A stretch of 64,000 bases of DNA, taken from assembly GCA_050014195.1 (NCBI GenBank), contig JBEKDT010000006.1:154645-218644 (forward strand), written 5' to 3'. The translations under genes and the position numbers were made by a program. Source of the stretch: Desulfomonilia bacterium. GTDB taxonomy: Bacteria; Desulfobacterota; Desulfomonilia; UBA1062. Shown here piece by piece: positions 54,678-64,000 of the stretch (position 1 is its first letter; each line of letters begins with the position of its first letter). The notes under the pieces were generated by a model that was not told the DNA's origin, ran no database searches, and saw nothing but the letters and a program-made list of their open reading frames with translations.

Positions 54678-56783
54678 ATGATGCATCTCATACCCAGGGA
54701 TGACCCTAAACAGGCCTTGAGGATCATGAGATTCCTCATGGCCTTTGGCACGTATATCATATGGATGCTCATCGCACTGTATTGCTATTACAATGGGTTG
54801 TTCGCAAGGTTTCTGATACCGATTTTCTGGGTCTTTGCAAGTATCGTTACAACTAACCTGATTATTTTCTTCCTGCTCCGTACTGGATTAAATCTACGAT
54901 TCAAGGATCCGAGCCTCACCCTGATGCAAATTATTCTCGCAACGGTATACCCCATGGCCATGGCATACTCCTTGGATGAGGGCCGAGGGATCATGCTTTT
55001 ACTTTACATGGTAGTTTTCACCTTTGGCACCTTCAGACTGAGCTTTCGCCAGTTCTTTTTTCTCTCTCTATTCGCCCCGATGGGATATGGCTTAGTAATC
55101 ATGCTCCTGATCATCAATCACCCGAAAAGCGTAAATCTCAGGGTGGAGATATTTAATCTTATTACTCTCTTTATCGTTCTCATTTGGTTCTCTTTTATCG
55201 GGAGCTATATAAATGGACTGAGAAAAAAGCTGAGCAAAACAAACAATGAGCTCAATAATGCCAATGCACTTATCAGGCAGAGTGAAGGGCGGTTCAGGGA
55301 CCTTGCAGAGTTGTTGCCCGAGACGGTTTTAGAAGCGGACCTTTCCGGCAGGATCACATTCGTCAACCGGAGTGCATTTGATCAATTCGGTTATACCGCG
55401 GATGATTTCATGGAGAGGCTCTCGGTTTTCGATGTGATTGTTCCAGAAGAACATGATACCTTAAGAAGAAACATGCAGAAGGTCTTCTCCTGTGAGAAGT
55501 TGGGACTCACGGAGTACACAGCCAGGAGAAAGGACGGCTCGTCTTTCCCGACCATGGCGCATATGACGTGCATATTTTGTGATGGCAAACCTGCAGGCCT
55601 GCGGGGATTTCTCATAGACATCACCGAGAAGAACAACCTTGCGGCGCAACTCTTACGGGTTCAGAAGATGGAGGCCATCGGGACGCTGGCCGGCGGCATT
55701 GCGCATGACTTCAACAATCTCCTCATGGGGATCCTGGGAAACGTGTCGCTGGTCCTCATGAAGATTGATGAGAGCGATCCCTCGCACGTCAGGCTGAAGA
55801 ATGCCGAGGAATATGTTAAGCGGGCCTCAGACCTCACGAAGCAGCTGCTCGGATTTGCACGGGGAGGCAAATACGAGGTCATGACCACGAACCTCGGGAA
55901 GTTTATCAGGAAGAGTTCCGAGACGTTCGGCCGGACCAGGAAGGAAATCCGGATCCATCATTCGATCCAGGATGGGCTCTGGAACGTGGAGGTGGATCAT
56001 GGCCAGATGGAGCAGGTATTTCTGAACCTGTTCGTGAATGCCTGGCAGGCCATGCCCGATGGAGGCGATATCTTTATCTCCGCAGAGAATATGGATCTGC
56101 ACGCTGTTGACATGGCTCCCTATATGCTCAATCCGGGCAGGTACGTGAGGGTCACGGTGAGAGACACAGGTATCGGCATGGATGAGACCACAAGGTACAG
56201 GATCTTTGAACCTTTTTTCACGACCAAGGAGCGCGGCAGGGGAACAGGCCTCGGGCTTGCCTCAGTCTATGGCATTGTGAAGAACCACGAAGGGTATATC
56301 CAAGTGGAGAGCGAGCCCGGGGCCGGAAGTGCGTTCATAGTCTATCTTCCTGCCTCGGACAAGGTCCTGGTGGAAGAAAAAAAGGATGCGGCTGTCGAAG
56401 GGGTGCGGAAGGGGAGAGGGCGAATTCTGCTGATAGATGACGAGGAGATGATCCTTGATGTCGGATCTCAGATGCTCTCCAATCTCGGGTACACGGTCAT
56501 GTCCGCACAGGACGGGAATGCCGGGATCGAGATGTACAGGCAGAACAGTGAAAAGATCGATCTCGTGATCCTGGATATCATTATGCCCGATATCGGCGGG
56601 AAAGAGACCTTTGAGCAGCTATTAAAGATCAACAATGACGTGAATGTCCTGCTATCGAGCGGCTACAGCCTGGACGACCATGCGAATGAGATCATGGAGA
56701 AAGGCTGCAAGGGCTTTATCCAGAAACCCTTTACCATGGGTGAACTATCAGCAAAGATCAACGAAATATTGAAAGAAAAATGA
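54678..56783 (+). CDS. Membrane-bound hybrid histidine kinase (6TM-PAS-HK-REC)
   Basis: Hydrophobic N-terminus; PAS; GTLAGGIAHDFNNLL; GTGLGL; ILLIDDE, LDIIMP, QKPF. Confidence 0.94.
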   Translation: MMHLIPRDDPKQALRIMRFLMAFGTYIIWMLIALYCYYNGLFARFLIPIFWVFASIVTTNLIIFFLLRTGLNLRFKDPSLTLMQIILATVYPMAMAYSLDEGRGIMLLLYMVVFTFGTFRLSFRQFFFLSLFAPMGYGLVIMLLIINHPKSVNLRVEIFNLITLFIVLIWFSFIGSYINGLRKKLSKTNNELNNANALIRQSEGRFRDLAELLPETVLEADLSGRITFVNRSAFDQFGYTADDFMERLSVFDVIVPEEHDTLRRNMQKVFSCEKLGLTEYTARRKDGSSFPTMAHMTCIFCDGKPAGLRGFLIDITEKNNLAAQLLRVQKMEAIGTLAGGIAHDFNNLLMGILGNVSLVLMKIDESDPSHVRLKNAEEYVKRASDLTKQLLGFARGGKYEVMTTNLGKFIRKSSETFGRTRKEIRIHHSIQDGLWNVEVDHGQMEQVFLNLFVNAWQAMPDGGDIFISAENMDLHAVDMAPYMLNPGRYVRVTVRDTGIGMDETTRYRIFEPFFTTKERGRGTGLGLASVYGIVKNHEGYIQVESEPGAGSAFIVYLPASDKVLVEEKKDAAVEGVRKGRGRILLIDDEEMILDVGSQMLSNLGYTVMSAQDGNAGIEMYRQNSEKIDLVILDIIMPDIGGKETFEQLLKINNDVNVLLSSGYSLDDHANEIMEKGCKGFIQKPFTMGELSAKINEILKEK

Positions 56784-57026
56784 TCTCAGTTCTTCCCTTT
56801 CCTTTATCCTCCCGATGCCTTTATCCCTACAAGCAGAGCTGAAGGATTCTCCTGACTAATGGCTCAGGATGCGTATCCGCATGTGCTACTGGAAACAGTG
56901 GCGCAAGGTGCGCACCAAGGTCAGGAATCTGCTTGGTTTGGATACAGGCAGGAAACAGGCTATTTTGACAGTGCTCAGCCGGAAAAGTTACTGGCATCTG
57001 TCCAAGACCCTGGCTACGCAAACCTC

Positions 57027-58013
57027 TTAGATATGAATCTCTACAATATCCCCGTCCTGCATGACATGGTCGCGCTGGACCATCATTCCATCGTGGACAG
57101 ACTTGCCCCAGATGCGGGCGTACTTGAGCTTGATGAGGAAGTCCTTGTGGATCCTGCCTGCCAGATCTTCAAGGGTGCTGTCTCTCGGGATGACAAAGGG
57201 TTCGTTCAGATCGGGGTCTTTGCCGGGGTTCTTGGAGTACACCCGGATCACACCGGACATATCGTAAATGCTTTTCATGAAGGCATCCGTGTTCCTGGCG
57301 TTCAGGATGGAGATGGGAAGTGAGAGCAGCTTGAGGTCGGTCAGTTCCAGGAAGGTCTGGAAGTCCTCCTCCTGCTTGGGGCCGTCCACCTTGTTTATTA
57401 CCATGAAGATCTTTTTGAAGAACACGGGCCTCTTGGTTCCTTCGGGCACATCAAATCCTTCGGGAAAGATTCTGTAGGATGTAAGGATCTCAACGATTTT
57501 CTCGTACTGATCTATGAGATCGGCAGTGATATCCAGGAGAATGACTACGATGTCCACCCTCCTCACCAGATCCATCATCAAAGGATCAATATACTCAGGA
57601 GTGATGGGTGGCGTGTCGATAAGCTGGAACTGGATGTTCTCAAACGGGGCCATACCGGGTGTGGGCTTGTGTGTGGTGTGGGGGAATGGTGCGATTTCGG
57701 GCTCGGCATTAGTCAGGGCTGCGATCAAGGATGACTTGCCGGTGTTAGGCGGCCCGATGACGATCACCTGGGCGGCTCCCTCCTTATCGATGGCAAACAC
57801 ACTTTTCTGTTTGGCCGCGCCCTTTTTCTTCTGGGCTTCTTCCCGATGCTTGGATATCCTGTGCTTGATGTCCGCTTGCATCTTGTCCGTCCCCTTGTGT
57901 TTGGGGATGAGGGCAAACATTTTCTCTAAGGCTTCGATCTTCTCCTCAATGGTCTTGGCCTCTCGATAGCGTCTTTCGGCTTCAAGGTATGTCGGCGGCA
58001 GATTAGCAGGCAT
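57027..58013 (-). CDS. DRG/OBG-family GTPase with TGS domain
   Basis: MPANL, PKHKGTDK, GPPNTGKSS, PHTT, DTPP, NKVD; TGS IHKDF...ARIWG...DGDIVEIH. Confidence 0.88.
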   Translation of the reverse strand: MPANLPPTYLEAERRYREAKTIEEKIEALEKMFALIPKHKGTDKMQADIKHRISKHREEAQKKKGAAKQKSVFAIDKEGAAQVIVIGPPNTGKSSLIAALTNAEPEIAPFPHTTHKPTPGMAPFENIQFQLIDTPPITPEYIDPLMMDLVRRVDIVVILLDITADLIDQYEKIVEILTSYRIFPEGFDVPEGTKRPVFFKKIFMVINKVDGPKQEEDFQTFLELTDLKLLSLPISILNARNTDAFMKSIYDMSGVIRVYSKNPGKDPDLNEPFVIPRDSTLEDLAGRIHKDFLIKLKYARIWGKSVHDGMMVQRDHVMQDGDIVEIHI

Positions 58014-58208
58014 AGTTTCAAACCACCCATAGTGCGGGAATCTATCCGTTGAGAAATACTCTCATACACAAAATCTCATCGGATTTCAATCAATGAGAGG
58101 CTTGCTCAATTGTGTAATGGCGATTTATTATCGTCAAGGACGAATAGAGTGGTGTGATCGATCATCAAAGGGGCATAAAGGGAGATTCGGCAAGTTATGA
58201 CTATATAA

Positions 58209-58233
58209 ATCCCCCCTTTATCAAGGGGGGATT
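58209..58233 (-). terminator. Rho-independent terminator after glnK
   Basis: AATCCCCCCTT-tatc-AAGGGGGGATT. Confidence 0.7.
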
Positions 58234-58248
58234 GGTTGCCGATGAGTT

Positions 58249-59837
<1,589 letters not shown>

Positions 59838-59881
59838 AGGTTAAGCCTCCTCATGAGGGATTCTAAGCTCTGGGTATATTC

Positions 59882-59897
59882 AGCAAATTGGATGCCA
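59882..59897 (-). promoter_or_regulatory. Sigma-54 promoter of amtB-glnK
   Basis: Minus strand TGGCATC-CAAT-TTGCT. Confidence 0.8.
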
Positions 59898-60210
59898 TGT
59901 TTTCACATTGTTCCGATTTATATGAAATCTTCTCAAGAATGTTTCCGGATGCGGGTTTTTAGAGATCAACGACATTTTTATATGAGAAAGCATTGAAACA
60001 AAATTGTCAATATTTATAACGATTGGCGCAATAATGTGTCAAGATGTTGGATGAATGACAGACTAATCATACGGTTTTGTATCAGGGACTGCTGAAAAAA
60101 ACCGGTCTGAGACAATGCCTAAGAGACCAGATCGCGAAGGGACAGCGTCATGGCTTCACGAAGTCTGGTCCTGAAAGGGGCTCTCACTTGCACCAAGTTA
60201 TCTGGAAATA

Positions 60211-60474
60211 CTAAATTTTCTCCTTAAAGAATTTTATGAAATCTTGCTTCAGCATCTTTACGGGTCTCCCTTTTTCATCTATCAATTCACGTCTTGACAA
60301 CTCCAGATTTAATACATCAAGGGGTGGATGTAATCCCACATTTTCTTCGATACAATGAACTTGATAGGATTTCCCGGGAATGAAGGTAAATCGTGGAGGT
60401 TTCTTCTTACACATGGCTTTGACATTGAATCCCTCATACCCGCCATAGGTGCCTAGTTTTTCATGATCTCTCAT
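60211..60474 (-). CDS. Small hypothetical protein (87 aa)
   Basis: GGAGGAG RBS; upstream TTGACT-N16-TATTAT sigma-70-like promoter. Confidence 0.65.
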   Translation of the reverse strand: MRDHEKLGTYGGYEGFNVKAMCKKKPPRFTFIPGKSYQVHCIEENVGLHPPLDVLNLELSRRELIDEKGRPVKMLKQDFIKFFKEKI

Positions 60475-60575
60475 AATTTATCTCCTCCATGATGACTAGG
60501 ATGGAGAAGACATAATAGCGTCGAGATGGCCTTAGTCAATAGGATGATAAAAAATCTCGTGCCTTAAAAAGTCAG

Positions 60576-60603
60576 CCTCTCCGCCTCTAAAAGGGCGGAG
60601 AGG
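60576..60603 (-). terminator. Terminator after glnA-asnA
   Basis: CCTCTCCGCC-8nt-GGCGGAGAGG followed on the minus strand by a T run. Confidence 0.7.
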
Positions 60604-60626
60604 ACATAACGACAAATGTCGGGAGG

Positions 60627-61850
60627 TTAGAAGAGGAATATCGGGAACGAATCGGGGTTTTTCCCGAAACAGGTAACATCGTCGATCTTTTCAATTCTGG
60701 GTCCCTTGAGCATCGCATAGAGCGACCTCTCTATACCAATCCCTGCGCCTAAGGTATCCGGGAAGTAAGGTTTCCCCTTTTCATCCTTTAAGAATACCGC
60801 GGTAAGGAAAGGACCATACCCATCCAGAATCGAGATGTTCTGTAGTATTCCATCCTCAAATTCGGGCAACTCGGGGATGATCCTGTTGTCGATGAGCCTC
60901 TGTATGATAGGCTCGTACAGCCACTCCCTGAGGGCACCAGAGAGGATCTCGAGTGCCCGGGTAAACTTTCCGGTCTCCCGTACTATCGACTTTGCGCAGA
61001 TATCATAGTTGTAGATCATGTCCGAGGTAAACGACGACAGCGGCTTTTTGCTCCCGTCCGGAAGCAGATACGGGTAGATCAGGTCATAGTTTTCCCTCAT
61101 GAGACCCGTGACCCAGAAGAACTGCGCCGAGACATCTTCACCCACCTTTGCATCAAGATCCACCTTGCCGTACTTCTTCAGTGCCTCATCATGCCTTACC
61201 CGGGGGAACGGTTGCTTGGGTACCTCAAGGGCAACCCCAAGGGCCTTAAGACTGTCTTCATTCTTATCTACAATGGCCGCCACACCCGCGATCAGCATTC
61301 GCTCAAAGAAGTCAATGGCCTTCTCATAGTCCTCTTTGAGGATCTTCTTCACCTTGTCCGGCTGATTCTTATACTGTTCCAGATCGATGCCCCTGTTTCT
61401 CCTCAGTTCAACATCGATCTGGGAAAAGTCGATGAGGTATTTACCCCGCTGTTTTCTCTGCGGGCTCTCGATCTCAAGCCTTATGTTTGGCGAGTCTACG
61501 AATATCCCCTTCAGCCTCGGGTTGAAGCATGCAAGGAACTTCATGTAGATCATGGAGTGTGTCACCACATACGGCATCCCTTTGTAGTGAATGGTCGGGA
61601 CGTGCTCCACGTCATGCGCCAGCGGATCGGTAACAGGACTCATCTCCACCCGCTCAAGATTCAAGAGGCCTTCATTTACCAGATAATCATTGATCGCCGC
61701 CACAAAGGAAGTGCGCACCCTCATGGCATTGTAGAGATCTTCATTCACCCATTTCTTTATATAGTTCTTCCGGATGAACTCCTCAAAGGTGCAACCTGAT
61801 TGTTGAATCGTGGCCTGGAAATGAAATAGGTCTTCACCGACAAAAGCCAT
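60627..61850 (-). CDS. asnA: Archaeal-type (AsnRS-like) ammonia-dependent asparagine synthetase
   Basis: Class IIb aaRS catalytic core without OB-fold: SPVTDPL, THSMIYMK, SPNIRLE, FSQIDVE, EILSGALRE, GAGIGIER. Confidence 0.78.
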   Translation of the reverse strand: MAFVGEDLFHFQATIQQSGCTFEEFIRKNYIKKWVNEDLYNAMRVRTSFVAAINDYLVNEGLLNLERVEMSPVTDPLAHDVEHVPTIHYKGMPYVVTHSMIYMKFLACFNPRLKGIFVDSPNIRLEIESPQRKQRGKYLIDFSQIDVELRRNRGIDLEQYKNQPDKVKKILKEDYEKAIDFFERMLIAGVAAIVDKNEDSLKALGVALEVPKQPFPRVRHDEALKKYGKVDLDAKVGEDVSAQFFWVTGLMRENYDLIYPYLLPDGSKKPLSSFTSDMIYNYDICAKSIVRETGKFTRALEILSGALREWLYEPIIQRLIDNRIIPELPEFEDGILQNISILDGYGPFLTAVFLKDEKGKPYFPDTLGAGIGIERSLYAMLKGPRIEKIDDVTCFGKNPDSFPIFLF

Positions 61851-61902
61851 CTTTTGTTACCTCCTTGCCTGAAAGCCGGGATCCGGCCGGCTCAGACCTC
61901 TT

Positions 61903-63234
61903 CTATAGCACAGGGAGATAGGTATCTATCTCATACTTACTCACGTGAATCCGGAATGCATCCCATTCTTTTACTTTGTTCTCAATGAACTTATCGAAGA
62001 TATGATCACCGAGGGCATCCTTCACGAGCTTGCTCTTGGACACCTCCTGGATGGCCTCAAAGAGATTCCCGGGCAGAGATATGATACCTGCCTTTTTGCG
62101 GGCCTTCTCGTCCATCTCGAAGATGTCCTCTTCTACCGGCTCAGGCAACGGGTACTTTCTGTCGACACCTTCGAGACCCGCTGCGATCTGGACTGCAAAG
62201 GCGAGGTACGGGTTGCAGGCAGGATCAGGTGCCCGGAACTCCGCCCTTGTGGCGTTGGCCTTCTCGGGCTTGTACATGGGCACCCTCACCATGGCGGAGC
62301 GGTTCCTGCGCGCCCAGGATATGTAAACAGGCGCCTCATAGCCCGGGACAAGCCGCTTGTAGGAGTTCACCCACTGGCTGGTGACGGCACAAATCTCGCG
62401 GGCGTGGGTAAGGAGGCCTGCTATGTACCACTTGCCCACCTTGGATAGGTGGTACTTGTCCTTGATATCGAAAAAGGCGTTCTCTTTTCCCTTGAACAGA
62501 GACTGGTGGACGTGCATGCCGCTTCCATTCTGACCTGCAATGGGCTTGGGCATGAAGGTGGCATACACACCCTTCTGGCGTGCAATCTCCTTGACCGCTG
62601 TGCGGTGGGTCATGACGATGTCGGCCATTTTCAGGGCATCCGCATACTTCAGGTCGATCTCGTGCTGAGATGGCGCAACCTCGTGGTGGCTGTACTCCAC
62701 TCCTATCCCCATGCTCTGGAGCGCAAAGATGGTATCTCTCCTGATATCCGGCCCCATATCGATGGGCAGCCCGTCGAAGTAGCCGCCATGATCAAGGATC
62801 TCGGTGCACTTGTCGTTGGCAAAGTAGAAGTACTCGAGCTCCGGTCCCATATAACAGGAGTATCCCTTGTCCGAGGCCTTCTTGAGCATCCTTTTGAGGG
62901 CATACCGGGGGTCGCCGTCATACGGGGTGCCGTCGGGGTTGAGGATGTCGCAGAACATGCGCGCAACCGGCCTGTCCATGGGTCTCCAGGGGATGATCTG
63001 GAAGGTGGTCACATCCGGCTTGGCGATCATGTCGCTCTCATGGATGCGGGCAAACCCCTGAATGGATGAACCGTCGAAACCCATGCCCTCATCAAGCCCC
63101 TCATCCAGTTCCGACGGCGTGATGCTGAAGCTCTTGAGCATGCCGAGTACATCGGTGAACCAAAATTGAACAAAGCTGACCTTATGGTCCTTTACCGCCT
63201 TTAAAACATCATTACTTGTCTTGCAATGAAACAT
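61903..63234 (-). CDS. glnA: Glutamine synthetase type I (GSI-alpha)
   Basis: FDGSSI.GF, GPELEY, HHEVAPSQHE, ATFMPKP..GQNGSGMH, NSYKRLVPGYEAP, EFRAPDP. Confidence 0.96.
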   Translation of the reverse strand: MFHCKTSNDVLKAVKDHKVSFVQFWFTDVLGMLKSFSITPSELDEGLDEGMGFDGSSIQGFARIHESDMIAKPDVTTFQIIPWRPMDRPVARMFCDILNPDGTPYDGDPRYALKRMLKKASDKGYSCYMGPELEYFYFANDKCTEILDHGGYFDGLPIDMGPDIRRDTIFALQSMGIGVEYSHHEVAPSQHEIDLKYADALKMADIVMTHRTAVKEIARQKGVYATFMPKPIAGQNGSGMHVHQSLFKGKENAFFDIKDKYHLSKVGKWYIAGLLTHAREICAVTSQWVNSYKRLVPGYEAPVYISWARRNRSAMVRVPMYKPEKANATRAEFRAPDPACNPYLAFAVQIAAGLEGVDRKYPLPEPVEEDIFEMDEKARKKAGIISLPGNLFEAIQEVSKSKLVKDALGDHIFDKFIENKVKEWDAFRIHVSKYEIDTYLPVL

Positions 63235-63271
63235 CTGTACCTCCTCTTGTAATTATTATTTCATCACTGAC

Positions 63272-63287
63272 TGCCAGAAACATGCCA
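63272..63287 (-). promoter_or_regulatory. Sigma-54 promoter of glnA
   Basis: Minus strand TGGCATG-TTTC-TGGCA. Confidence 0.7.
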
Positions 63288-63828
63288 CCAGTTGAATAAC
63301 TCTCGAGCAGACTTGATAATGAATTGTATAATCTTATAGTTAAGAGATGATGATTCAAATTGTAAACTATTACCGACATGGTTCAGGCAAAAAGAAATAC
63401 CTTCGAGATCCAATTTCTTTACAATTATGAATCATTTCATTAATACCACGGCTGATATTCCCAGAGAAGGTGAGCGAAATTAACCCTGAAACTTTAGCCA
63501 GCAAAAGTCTCGACCACCCAGTGCCTCCAGCCCGTTACAGGTTTAATGCACACAAACAAACCCTATTCATGAACTTGAAACACCGCATGCATTACATTCC
63601 TACTGAGAAGAAGCAGACATTCTCATATCAAAGTCGGTTATTATACATGATATCAGAGGTCTCAAGACATAATTATGGATCAATTATGATCCGACATAAT
63701 TTATATTATACAAAAAAGTAACATCATATTATATCTTAAACAATAATGGTCCTTACTAGGATACATATTATTAGTTAATTATCTTATTAATATAATATTA
63801 ACAGCCAGTTATATGATTATAACTATGA

Positions 63829-63844
63829 TGGCACCGTCATTGCA
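63829..63844 (+). promoter_or_regulatory. Sigma-54 promoter of second amtB
   Basis: TGGCACC-GTCA-TTGCA. Confidence 0.85.
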
Positions 63845-63880
63845 ATTGCCGGTTTATTCCACAAAAGAGGAGGATATCAC

Positions 63881-64000
63881 ATGATCAATTCAGGTGATAC
63901 AGCTTGGATGCTTGTTGCGACCGCACTCGTCATGGTCATGACACCCGGTCTCGGGCTGTTCTACGGGGGGATGGTCCGCTCCAAGAATGTGCTCGGCACC
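63881..64000 (+). CDS. amtB: Second ammonium transporter (3'-partial)
   Basis: [40 protein letters not shown]; GAGGAGG RBS. Confidence 0.92.
   Translation, partial: MINSGDTAWMLVATALVMVMTPGLGLFYGGMVRSKNVLGT

Noticed and set aside
56859-57323. 154 aa plus-strand ORF
   Set aside because: Mostly antisense to the DRG GTPase; no independent support.
60627-61850. Asparaginyl-tRNA synthetase or EpmA
   Set aside because: No anticodon-binding domain; motifs and glnA context fit AS-AR; no efp/epmB nearby.
63470-63721. 83 aa ORF between glnA and amtB2
   Set aside because: Lies in an AT-rich promoter region; no motifs or protein-like composition.

Overview
A 64 kb chromosomal window from an anaerobic bacterium. 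Gene content (multi-PAS kinases, sigma-54 promoters, aldehyde ferredoxin oxidoreductase, many acyl-CoA enzymes) suggests a Desulfobacterota/Syntrophales-like fatty-acid degrader; this is inference. Left third: mixed housekeeping and transport genes, an Ntn amidase and an arcE-like/carbamate kinase pair. Centre (20.5-37 kb): a PAS kinase and sigma-54 activator sit upstream of tandem palindromic sites and a long operon. It encodes a CxxC-less thioredoxin fold, an acyl-CoA dehydrogenase lacking the usual catalytic Glu, two SCP2 lipid carriers, an AOR, a CoA ligase, a four-subunit ATP-dependent radical dehydratase/class I reductase module and a CooC-type ATPase with no CODH nearby. This is the best candidate for an undescribed system. 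42.8-52.8 kb: a lipolysis/beta-oxidation operon whose 3-hydroxyacyl-CoA dehydrogenase appears reduced to a 20-codon in-frame scar, flanked by two paralogous orphan solute-binding proteins. Right end: a sigma-54 nitrogen cluster (glnA, archaeal-type asparagine synthetase, amtB-glnK, second amtB). Small elements include a 108 bp MITE with a 3 bp target duplication inside one copy of a dispersed ~75 bp repeat, GTAG-type REPs and CACGAAG inverted repeats. No rRNA, tRNA, CRISPR array or transposase was seen. All product calls come from motif recognition, not database searches.
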